NCBI GenBank assembly: GCA_011390635.1
Contig: JAABSA010000001.1
Coordinates: forward strand, 80,623-144,622
DNA length: 64,000 nt
Origin: Desulfotignum sp.
Lineage (GTDB): Bacteria > Desulfobacterota > Desulfobacteria > Desulfobacterales > Desulfobacteraceae
Direction of reading: 5' to 3'
The translations under genes and the position numbers were made by a program. The notes beneath the pieces were generated by a model. That model was given only the letters and a program-made list of their open reading frames with translations, was not told the origin of the DNA and ran no database searches. Below, piece by piece: positions 52,893-61,667 of the stretch (position 1 is its first letter; each line of letters opens with the position of its first letter).

Positions 52893-54209
52893 ATGAATGT
52901 GATTGCACAACAATTGAACTCCACCATTACACAAGCCAATCCCCATATATATGACATGCTTTCCGATATGGGCAAGGCATTGTTTTTTCCCAGGGGCATT
53001 TTAAGCCAGAGTGCAGAGGCCAAAGCCAAAGCCCATAAGATCAATGCCACCATCGGCATTGCCAAAGAGGGGGATACCGTAATGCATCTGCCGTCTGTGA
53101 CCCGGTATGTCACAGGTATTGCACCGGATGCCTATCTGTCTTATGCACCGTCTTTCGGGATACCCGGGCTGCGGGAACAATGGAAAAATAACCTTTTTTG
53201 CAAAAATCCTTCTTTGGCTGGCTGTGACATCAGCCTGCCTGTAGTGACATCGGGCATTACCCACGGTGTCAGCGTGTTCTCAGATATGTGGGTGAACAAG
53301 GAAGATGTCATTGTGATGCCGGACATGATGTGGGGCAACTACAACATGACTTTCACAGTGCGCAACAACGCAAAGATAGTGCACTACAAAGCCTATGATG
53401 ATGCACTGACCAGATTCAACATAGATGATTTTGCATCGGTTCTGCGGGCACAGGCCGCAAAAAACGACAAGATAATCACTGTGCTCAATTTTCCCCACAA
53501 TCCCAGCGGATACTCTTTGCGCAAGGATGAGGCTGACCAGGTGGCTGCCGTTCTTCTGGACATTGCCCAAAAAGGAACAAACGTTGTGGCTGTCTGCGAT
53601 GATGCGTATTTCGGTCTGTTTTTTGAGGAGCAGACCAGCAAAGAATCCTTGTTTGCAAAACTTGCCGGCAAACACAAACGCCTTGTGGCCGTCAAACTGG
53701 ATGGCGCCACAAAAGAGGACTATGTATGGGGACTCAGGGTCGGATTTGTGACCTATGGTCTCGCAGCCGACAAAGATCTTGCAGGTGTTTACCAGGCCCT
53801 GGAACAAAAAACCGCAGGCTGCATCCGGGGCAATATTTCCAATGCATCCCATCTGGGCCAGACCATCCTGCTCAAGGCCATGGCAGATCCGGATTACAAA
53901 GCCCAGAAAAAGGAAAAATTTGCCCTGCTCAAACAGCGGGCACGCCAGATAAAAAAGGTATTGGAAAATCTGGAATATGCACAATATTTTGATGTCTATC
54001 CCTTTAATTCCGGGTATTTCATGTGTATCCGCCTAAAGGATGTGGATGCGGAAAAACTTCGGCTGCACCTGCTGGATAAGTACGGAGTAGGGCTCATTTC
54101 CATTGGAGAAAAAAACATCCGGGTGGCGTTTTCCTGTCTGGAAGAAAAAGATGTACAGACCCTGTTTGACATCATCGTAAGCGGCATTTCGGATCTTCGC
54201 AAAACCTGA
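52893..54209 (+). CDS. Class I/II-fold PLP-dependent aminotransferase
   Basis: NFPHNPSGY, and DGATKEDYVWGLRVGF with the Schiff-base Lys context. Confidence 0.8.
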   Translation: MNVIAQQLNSTITQANPHIYDMLSDMGKALFFPRGILSQSAEAKAKAHKINATIGIAKEGDTVMHLPSVTRYVTGIAPDAYLSYAPSFGIPGLREQWKNNLFCKNPSLAGCDISLPVVTSGITHGVSVFSDMWVNKEDVIVMPDMMWGNYNMTFTVRNNAKIVHYKAYDDALTRFNIDDFASVLRAQAAKNDKIITVLNFPHNPSGYSLRKDEADQVAAVLLDIAQKGTNVVAVCDDAYFGLFFEEQTSKESLFAKLAGKHKRLVAVKLDGATKEDYVWGLRVGFVTYGLAADKDLAGVYQALEQKTAGCIRGNISNASHLGQTILLKAMADPDYKAQKKEKFALLKQRARQIKKVLENLEYAQYFDVYPFNSGYFMCIRLKDVDAEKLRLHLLDKYGVGLISIGEKNIRVAFSCLEEKDVQTLFDIIVSGISDLRKT

Positions 54210-54231
54210 ACCACTGAAAGGACCCGGGAAC

Positions 54232-56040
54232 ATGGCATCACTTGATTTCAGAGTGGCCTTCAGATGGTTGTTTTATTTTGTGCTCATCGGCCTGATCGCA
54301 GGTCTTGGTGCCATTGTCTTTCATTATCTGTGCGGTCTTGGCATGCATTATTTTCTGGACATGATGGCCGGATACCGGCCGGATGCCCCGGCAGGCGAAC
54401 ATGCCCTGCTGCCCTCCACCAATACGCCGTTCAACCGGTGGATGCTGCTTATTCTGCCGGCCCTGGGAGGGATCGTGTCGGGCTGGCTGGTCTACACCTT
54501 TGCGCCCGAGGCTGAAGGCCACGGCACCGATGCCGCCATTGATGCCTACCACAACAAGGGCGGCATGATCCGGGGCAGAATTCCGATCATCAAGACCATT
54601 GCTTCCACCATCACCCTGACCACCGGGGGCTCCGGGGGCAGGGAAGGGCCCATCGCCCAGATCGGTTCCGGTTTCGGCTCGTTTCTGGCCACCCGGTTCA
54701 AATTGTCGGAACGAGAGCGCCGCATCATGATGGCCGCCGGTATCGGTGCCGGGGTGGGCAGTATTTTCCGGGCACCTCTGGCAGGGGCCCTGTTTGCCGC
54801 CGAGGTATTGTACCGGGACCCGGATTTTGAATCAGAAGTCATTATTCCGGCAGGTATCTCTTCGGTGGTGGCATATTGTGTTTTCTGCCTGGTATTCGGC
54901 TGGGGATCATTGTTTGATTCTCCAGGGTTCAAATTTCAAAACCCACTGGAACTGGGACCTTATATAATACTGGCAGGGGTCCTGGTGGTGTTCGGCTATA
55001 TATATGTCAAGGTGTTTTACGGCCTGGTGGGGTTTTTTAAAAAACTTGCGGTCCCCAACCATATAAAACCCGCCATCGGCGGTCTGTGCACCGGCATTAT
55101 CGGGTTTTTTCTGCCCTATACCCTGGCATTCGGATATGGCATGGCCCAGAATGCCATTTTCAACCAGGTGGCCATCTCCACCCTCATCGCCCTGGCAATC
55201 GGCAAGATTTTTACCACCTCCTTTTCCATCGGTTCCGGAGGCAGCGGCGGGGTGTTCGGGCCATCCGTCGTCATCGGCGGTGCACTGGGCGGGGCTGTGG
55301 GCAAAATATTCCACATGATTATCCCCACGGTGGTCACCCATCCGGGCGCATTTGTGATTGTGGGGATGGCCGGATTTTTTACGTCAGTTTCCAACACCCC
55401 CATTTCCACCATTATTTTTGTCAGTGAAATGACCAATTCCTATCACCTGCTGTTGCCCAGCCTGCTGGTGTGTTCTTTGTGCTATCTTTTGTCCCAGCGC
55501 TTCACCATTTTTGAGAACCAGGTGAAATCCCGGGTGGATTCCCCGGCCCATGCCGGTGAGTTCATGATGGACATCCTCCAGACCATGAAGGTGGGCAGCT
55601 TGGATCATTTGATCAAAAAGGTGCAGTGTGTCAATGAAAACATGCCGTTTTCAGAATTCAAGTCCATTTTTCAGGCTACCAAGCAGCATTATTTTCCTGT
55701 GCTGAATGCCAAAGGGGAATTTACCGGTATTTTTTCATCCAATGATATCCGGGAGGTGATCTTTACCATCCACATTGAAGACCTGGTGGTCATGAAGGAT
55801 ATCATGATTTCAGATTTGATCATTACTACGCCTGCGGAAGATCTGAACACGGTGCTGCACAAATTGACCCAGAAAAATATCGATGCCCTGCCAGTGGTGA
55901 ACCAGGACAATCACAAAGAGCTGATCGGTCTTATTTACCGGCGGGATATCATTGCCCATTACAATCGGCACATTCAAAAAATCCGGGAACCAGAATCAGA
56001 CCCTGAAAAAAAAGCGGTTCCCCCCCCTGTCAATGGATAA
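54232..56040 (+). CDS. ClC-family chloride channel/antiporter with C-terminal CBS pair
   Basis: GGSGGREGP (gating Glu motif), FRAPLAGALFAAEVLY, GSGGSGGVFGP. C-terminal CBS-like repeats are present. Confidence 0.88.
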   Translation: MASLDFRVAFRWLFYFVLIGLIAGLGAIVFHYLCGLGMHYFLDMMAGYRPDAPAGEHALLPSTNTPFNRWMLLILPALGGIVSGWLVYTFAPEAEGHGTDAAIDAYHNKGGMIRGRIPIIKTIASTITLTTGGSGGREGPIAQIGSGFGSFLATRFKLSERERRIMMAAGIGAGVGSIFRAPLAGALFAAEVLYRDPDFESEVIIPAGISSVVAYCVFCLVFGWGSLFDSPGFKFQNPLELGPYIILAGVLVVFGYIYVKVFYGLVGFFKKLAVPNHIKPAIGGLCTGIIGFFLPYTLAFGYGMAQNAIFNQVAISTLIALAIGKIFTTSFSIGSGGSGGVFGPSVVIGGALGGAVGKIFHMIIPTVVTHPGAFVIVGMAGFFTSVSNTPISTIIFVSEMTNSYHLLLPSLLVCSLCYLLSQRFTIFENQVKSRVDSPAHAGEFMMDILQTMKVGSLDHLIKKVQCVNENMPFSEFKSIFQATKQHYFPVLNAKGEFTGIFSSNDIREVIFTIHIEDLVVMKDIMISDLIITTPAEDLNTVLHKLTQKNIDALPVVNQDNHKELIGLIYRRDIIAHYNRHIQKIREPESDPEKKAVPPPVNG

Positions 56041-56041
56041 A

Positions 56042-56791
56042 TCAGTTTCCCGCATAGTTCACCTGTGTAAGGAATAATCCCCTGGCGGGTGCAGTGGCGC
56101 CGGCAAGCCTTCTGTTTCGACCTGATAAAATGCTTTCAAATGCTTCCGGTGTTATTTTTTGTTTGCCAGCATCAACCAGGGTCCCCACCATATTTCTCAC
56201 CATGTTTTTCAAAAATCCATTGGCACAGACCATAAATACCAGGCAGCTGTCCTTTTGTTTCTCCACCCGGGCGAAAAATACCTCCCGGACAGCGGACCGT
56301 CTCGGGGAACCTGTGTTTTCAAAGGATGTAAAATCATGGATACCGCACATATACCTGCAGCACGCATTCATGGCTTCCACGTCCAGAGGGGTCTGGATAT
56401 GCCAGATATAGCTGCGGCCCACTGCACAGGGTTCCTGTCTGTTGAGAATATGGTAATGGTATTCCTTTGAAACCGCGGCAAACCGGGCATGAAAATCATT
56501 GGACACAATGGCGCATTCTCTGATGACAATGGGGTGCTTCATAAGACTGTTGACCCCTTTTTTCAAGCGCTGGGGATCCATGGCTGTATCTGCGCAAAAA
56601 GAGGCCACCTGGCCCCGGGCATGGACACCGGCATCGGTGCGGCCGGATCCGGCAAGCGCGATTTTCTGGTTCAGGATAATCCCCAGCACCGATTCAAGCT
56701 CACCCTGGATGGTAGGCATGTCCGCCTGGCGCTGCCACCCGGAAAACCCGGTGCCGTCGTATTCAATGGTCAGTTTAAAGGTCTGGATCAT
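56042..56791 (-). CDS. truA: tRNA pseudouridine(38-40) synthase
   Basis: FKLTIEYDGTGFSGWQRQ and GSGRTDAGVHARGQV (catalytic Asp). Start trimmed to ATG 56791. Confidence 0.92.
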   Translation of the reverse strand: MIQTFKLTIEYDGTGFSGWQRQADMPTIQGELESVLGIILNQKIALAGSGRTDAGVHARGQVASFCADTAMDPQRLKKGVNSLMKHPIVIRECAIVSNDFHARFAAVSKEYHYHILNRQEPCAVGRSYIWHIQTPLDVEAMNACCRYMCGIHDFTSFENTGSPRRSAVREVFFARVEKQKDSCLVFMVCANGFLKNMVRNMVGTLVDAGKQKITPEAFESILSGRNRRLAGATAPARGLFLTQVNYAGN

Positions 56792-57239
56792 GGTCCGGCT
56801 CTGACATGGAAAACCGGGCCAGTTCTCGGTTGGCCTGGTTGATCTGAAGGGCCAGGCTGTGGGCGCGATGATCTCCCAGTATATGGCTGTAATTGATATA
56901 AAATGCCTTGTATGCCTTGGCAATAGCGGATTTGAGATCATCCCCCCTGTCGGTGGAATACAGGGCGCTTGCTTTACCGCTGCTTTTTCTTCTCACCAGT
57001 TTTTTTTTGGCCAGAGAGTCGATGAACCTGGTGATGGTGGACGGGGTAAGCTGCAAAAGTTCCCCCAGTTTTTTGGGACTGATGCCTGGATTTTCATACA
57101 GGATCAGCATCAAAGAGGCATGGGCAGGAGAGAGGTTCAACGGCGCAAAACTAATTTCCGCAAGTTTCAACAACTGTCGTGAAAATGCATTTACATTGAA
57201 AAACAAACAATCTTCCAGAAAATGATGGGGGTGATTCAT
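56775..57239 (-). CDS. MarR-family transcriptional regulator
   Basis: Winged-helix core LSPAHASLMLILYENPGISPKKLGELLQLTPSTITRFIDSLAKKKLVRR. Overlaps the truA start by 17 nt. Confidence 0.82.
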   Translation of the reverse strand: MNHPHHFLEDCLFFNVNAFSRQLLKLAEISFAPLNLSPAHASLMLILYENPGISPKKLGELLQLTPSTITRFIDSLAKKKLVRRKSSGKASALYSTDRGDDLKSAIAKAYKAFYINYSHILGDHRAHSLALQINQANRELARFSMSEPDHDPDL

Positions 57240-57413
57240 TGTATCGAGCCTGTGTTACACCAGAAGTATTGATGCCGGATATACTTATCCCAAAGCATTG
57301 CACATACAAATATGGTATCTGGCTCCGTTTGTCAAGGAATTTACCTGATCAATTCCAGACCTTTTTGGGGAATTTCAGAAAGCAGATGATGCCAAAGAGG
57401 GCTGAAGCTGAGC

Positions 57414-58337
57414 TCACCTGATCAGATTCAGGCCGGACTCCTTTCCTATGTGCAGGGCTGTTTTAAATTCCTGCGGCGTCAATGGGTGTGACAGATCGGG
57501 AAACCGGGCCGCATCTCCCATGGGCCGGTACTGGGACATCAGGTTCACATGGGTGTTTTCAGATACCTCTTCTTTGAGAAATTGTAAAATCAACCGGGTG
57601 TCTGCTACACGGCCGGGCATCACCAGATGCCGCACCAGAAGTCCGGAACAGGCAATGCCGGTGCTGTCATCCACAACCAGATCCCCCACCTGGGCATACA
57701 TGGCCTGTATAGCGTTCTGCGCTGTCTGCCGGTAGGCTTTTGCATGGCAGAACTGCGCTGCAGCCGCATTGTCCCAGAACTTAAAATCCGGCATATAGAT
57801 ATCGATAATTCCGTTTAAAATTTCAAGGGTTTCCATGCTTTCATATCCTGAACAATTGTACACCAGCGGAAGGCGCAGTCCATGGGCAACGGCTGTATCC
57901 AGGGCTTCCAGAATCTGGGGAACCACGTGGGTGGGTGTCACAAGATTGATGTTGTGGCAGCCGTCTTCCTGCAAATACAACATGATACCCGCAATCTGGT
58001 CGGTATCTGCTGTCCGGCCATATCCCTGGATACTGATGTCATGGTTCTGGCAGAAAACACATTTAAGGTTGCAATGGGAAAAAAAGATAGTTCCTGAGCC
58101 GTATTTTCCCACCAAAGGCGGTTCTTCTCCGAAATGTGGGGCAAAACTTGCCACCACCGCTTTTTTGCCGGCACCGCAATACCCTTTTTCACCCTTTGTC
58201 CGGTCAACTCGGCACTGGCGGGGGCACAGGGTGCAGCATGTCAGCATATCCCGGGACGCACGGATTTTCTCTTCCAGCCGTCCTTTGTTCTTTGCCATGA
58301 TATATCGGGGTGCAGGATCGTGCATTTTTTGTCTCAT
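57414..58337 (-). CDS. Radical SAM protein of the PflX / putative pyruvate formate-lyase-activating-like group
   Basis: CNLKCVFCQN (CxxxCxxC) preceded by CTLCPRQCRVDRTKGEKGYCG. Confidence 0.8.
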   Translation of the reverse strand: MRQKMHDPAPRYIMAKNKGRLEEKIRASRDMLTCCTLCPRQCRVDRTKGEKGYCGAGKKAVVASFAPHFGEEPPLVGKYGSGTIFFSHCNLKCVFCQNHDISIQGYGRTADTDQIAGIMLYLQEDGCHNINLVTPTHVVPQILEALDTAVAHGLRLPLVYNCSGYESMETLEILNGIIDIYMPDFKFWDNAAAAQFCHAKAYRQTAQNAIQAMYAQVGDLVVDDSTGIACSGLLVRHLVMPGRVADTRLILQFLKEEVSENTHVNLMSQYRPMGDAARFPDLSHPLTPQEFKTALHIGKESGLNLIR

Positions 58338-58676
58338 TTGTCGGTATATGAAAAATTTTCGGTCACATTAATGGTATCTGGATATTTTGGGGTCAATAAA
58401 AATATTAGCCGTCAGCCCTGTTTTTTACAATGGGTTTTGTGGTTGCGTTACCAAAAAACTGGTGATGTCCCGACACAAAGTGTTGATGTGGGAATGGAAC
58501 GTGAATCTACGGTAATGGCAGGAGCAGACTGAAACATTGGCGGGCGTATGTCTTATAGCAAATATCTGGCCCATTCACATATCCATTTACACGGTGTGCT
58601 TCCATGGATATAATACACTTATTTGCACGGATATGCCATTGATGAATCTGTTATGCCAAGGAGTTATCCAATCCAT

Positions 58677-59858
58677 ATGAAAGGATTTTCATTTGCCGGT
58701 ATCCATGCCGGTATCAAAAAAAACGGCCGCAAAGACCTGGGACTGATTTTTTGTGACAGGCCGGCAACTGCCGCTGCCGTGTTTACAAAAAACCAGGTGA
58801 AGGCCGCTCCGGTGATCCTGGGGCAGCAGGTGATACAAAAGGGTATTTGTCAGGCCGTGCTGGTGAATTCGGGCAATGCCAACTGCTTTACCGGAAAGGG
58901 GGGAATAGCGGATGCACAGCGTTCTGCCAAGCTGGTGGCTGATGTGTTCGGCATTCCCCGGGACCTTGTAATGGTTTCGTCCACCGGTGTAATCGGGGCG
59001 CCCTTGCCCATGGATGCCTTTGAAACCGGGGTGCCGCAGCTCAAAACCAAAATTTGTGCGGGAACGCTTGAAGATTTTGCCGCTGCTATTCTGACAACAG
59101 ATCTTCGCACCAAAATGGTGGACATGACTGCTGATATTGATACTGATCAGGGCATAAAGACCATACACATGGCAGGGGTCGCCAAAGGATCGGGCATGAT
59201 CCGGCCGGACATGGCCACCATGCTGGCCTATGTGCTCACAGATGCCGCCATCAGTGTCCCTGATCTGAAATCAGCACTGACCGCCGCCTGTGATAAATCA
59301 TTCAACCGCATCACCGTGGACGGGGATACCTCCACCAATGATACTTTGTTGTGTCTTGCCGGGGGTACCGGCGGGGTTGTTATTCAAAACGAGACTTCTT
59401 TGGCCGTGTTCCAGGATCTGCTGGAAACGGTTTGCCTGGATCTTGCCAGACAGATTGTAAAAGACGGAGAAGGGGCAACCAAGGTGGTGCAGATCACGGT
59501 GAAGGGTGCGGCAGCAAAACAAGATGCGTTCAGGGCTGCAGAGGCCATAGCCCATTCCAACCTGGTAAAAACCGCTATTTATGGACAAGACCCTAACTGG
59601 GGAAGGATCACGGCTGCTGCCGGAAGGTCCGGTGCCAGAGTGGACCAAGATCTGATGGACTTGTATTTTGATACCGTCCCCCTGGTGATCCAGGGCCGGT
59701 GGCTGGGAAAAGAGGCGGAAGTACAGGCAGCGCAGGTCATGAAAGCCAAAGATATCTATATCACCCTGGATCTGCACCTGGGGGAATATGCAGATAGTTT
59801 TTTGTTCTGCGATTTCAGTGAAAACTATGTCAAGATCAATGCCGACTACCGGTCCTGA
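58677..59858 (+). CDS. argJ: Bifunctional glutamate N-acetyltransferase / amino-acid acetyltransferase
   Basis: GFSFAGIHAGIKK, and PDMATMLAYVLTDA (autoprocessing T site). AAGGAG SD precedes ATG 58677. Confidence 0.92.
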   Translation: MKGFSFAGIHAGIKKNGRKDLGLIFCDRPATAAAVFTKNQVKAAPVILGQQVIQKGICQAVLVNSGNANCFTGKGGIADAQRSAKLVADVFGIPRDLVMVSSTGVIGAPLPMDAFETGVPQLKTKICAGTLEDFAAAILTTDLRTKMVDMTADIDTDQGIKTIHMAGVAKGSGMIRPDMATMLAYVLTDAAISVPDLKSALTAACDKSFNRITVDGDTSTNDTLLCLAGGTGGVVIQNETSLAVFQDLLETVCLDLARQIVKDGEGATKVVQITVKGAAAKQDAFRAAEAIAHSNLVKTAIYGQDPNWGRITAAAGRSGARVDQDLMDLYFDTVPLVIQGRWLGKEAEVQAAQVMKAKDIYITLDLHLGEYADSFLFCDFSENYVKINADYRS

Positions 59859-60570
59859 ACCTGAAAACGGCCTTATGCGGCTGCAGAAATTTCTGGCCAA
59901 AGCAGGGGTATGTTCCAGGCGGGCCGCAGAAAAACTGATGGTTGAGGGCCGCATACAGGTCAATGGTGATACCGTCACGACGTTGGGAACACAGGTAGAC
60001 CCGATAACGGATAAGGTAGTGTGTGACGGCAAACCGGTCTGTCTTTCCCGGAACAAGGAGTTTGTCTATATTGCCGTGAACAAACCAAAAGGTGTGGTCA
60101 CCTCCTGTGCCAAAAAGCACAATGACCGGATTATTCTGGAGCTGGTGCAGATACCGGAACGGATTTTTCCTGTCGGCCGGCTGGACAAGGATTCCCAGGG
60201 CCTGGTACTGCTCACCAATGACGGGGACCTGCACAACAAGCTGTCCCATCCTTCCCATAACCATGAAAAAGAATACCGGGTCACAACCGGTCATCCCGTA
60301 AAGGATGCAGATCTTAACGCCATGGCACAAGGCATGGTGATCCAGGGACAAAAAACCCGCAAAGCAAGGGTTCGGCGAATTTCAGAAAATATGTTTTCCA
60401 TTGTTCTCAAGCAGGGGTTGAACCGACAAATCCGCAGGATGGTGGGAAAAACCGGTAACCGTGTGGAAACGCTTGTACGCATCCGCATGGCCAATGTAAC
60501 CTTAGGTGATTTGCAGCAGGGGGCCTGGCGGTACCTGACCCCCCGGGAGATTGCCGGTCTAACCCAGTGA
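59839..60570 (+). CDS. RsuA/RluB/RluF-family rRNA pseudouridine synthase (S4 domain plus catalytic domain)
   Basis: MRLQKFLAKAGVCSRRAAEKLMVEGRIQVNG (S4) and VGRLDKDSQGLVLLTNDGDL (catalytic Asp). The start could be 59839 or 59875. Confidence 0.85.
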   Translation: MPTTGPEPENGLMRLQKFLAKAGVCSRRAAEKLMVEGRIQVNGDTVTTLGTQVDPITDKVVCDGKPVCLSRNKEFVYIAVNKPKGVVTSCAKKHNDRIILELVQIPERIFPVGRLDKDSQGLVLLTNDGDLHNKLSHPSHNHEKEYRVTTGHPVKDADLNAMAQGMVIQGQKTRKARVRRISENMFSIVLKQGLNRQIRRMVGKTGNRVETLVRIRMANVTLGDLQQGAWRYLTPREIAGLTQ

Positions 60571-61569
60571 CCGGATGCCGATGGCGGACCGGATTTTTTC
60601 CAGAAACGGCACCGAATACTGCCTGGCTTTATGCGCGCCTTTGGCCAGAATGGCTTCAATATCTTTGGGGTTTTTCATCAGGTCATCATACCGCTGCCGG
60701 GGATCTGCCAGAATGGTGTTGATATATTCGAACAGTTCCTGTTTCATGATTCCCCAGGCAATGCCTTTTCTGTACCGGTCCGCCATGGCGACTGTTTCTT
60801 CCTGTGTGGCAAAGGCCCGGTAAATGGAAAACAACGTGCAGGTGTCAGGGTCTTTGGGTTCATCCGGTCCCAGAGAATTGGTCTGGATCTTCATGATCAT
60901 TTTTCGCAATCTTTTTTCCGTGTCAAACAGCGGGATATAGTTGTCATAGCTTTTGCTCATTTTTCTGCCGTCCAGGCCGGACAGGACGGCGCTGTTGTCA
61001 TCCACCACCACTTCGGGCAGGATAAACAGTTTTTCATACACATGGTTGAATCTTGCTGCAATATCCCTGGTCATTTCCAGGTGTTGAACCTGATCCTTTC
61101 CCACGGGTACTTTTGCAGCATTGAACATGAGAATATCAGCGGCCATAAGAATGGGATAGGAGAACAGCCCCATGGTAATGGCCTGGTCAGGATCCTTGTT
61201 GCCCGCGGTTTCATTTTCCTGGACCTTTGCCTTGTAGGCATGTGCCCGGTTCATCAGCCCTTTGGCTGTAAGGCAGGTAAGAATCCAGGTTAATTCGGGG
61301 ATTTCAGGGATATCCGATTGCCGGTAAAATACGCAGTTTTCATGATCAAGACCCAAAGCGATCCAGGCTGCTGCAATTTGCAGGGTGGATTCCCGGCGTT
61401 TTTCAGGATCATGGTTTTTTATCAATGAATGGTAATCTGCCAGAAAATAATAGGATGTCAGATCTTTATCTTTGCTGGATGCCACGGCCGGCCGGATGGC
61501 GCCCACAAAATTTCCCAGGTGAGGGGTGCCTGAGGTGGTGATGCCGGTTAAAAAATCTGCGTTCTTCAT
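60559..61569 (-). CDS. trpS: Tryptophan--tRNA ligase
   Basis: TSGTPHLGNFVGAI (HIGH-type) and GRKMSKSYDN (KMSKS). ATG 61569 is preferred over TTG 61590. Confidence 0.92.
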   Translation of the reverse strand: MKNADFLTGITTSGTPHLGNFVGAIRPAVASSKDKDLTSYYFLADYHSLIKNHDPEKRRESTLQIAAAWIALGLDHENCVFYRQSDIPEIPELTWILTCLTAKGLMNRAHAYKAKVQENETAGNKDPDQAITMGLFSYPILMAADILMFNAAKVPVGKDQVQHLEMTRDIAARFNHVYEKLFILPEVVVDDNSAVLSGLDGRKMSKSYDNYIPLFDTEKRLRKMIMKIQTNSLGPDEPKDPDTCTLFSIYRAFATQEETVAMADRYRKGIAWGIMKQELFEYINTILADPRQRYDDLMKNPKDIEAILAKGAHKARQYSVPFLEKIRSAIGIRSLG

Positions 61570-61667
61570 GGGGTCATCTTTCGTAAACAAAAATTGAATT
61601 CAAAAAAACATTGTTATATATACGTCATGCCCGGGGGGAGTATCAGAAAGGCACGATTTAATCAATA

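Noticed and set aside
56775-56791. The 17-nt overlap between marR-family gene and truA as a sign of a functional regulator-target pair.
   Set aside because: Same-strand overlaps of this size are common in compact operons. Nothing in the sequence links MarR to pseudouridine synthesis.
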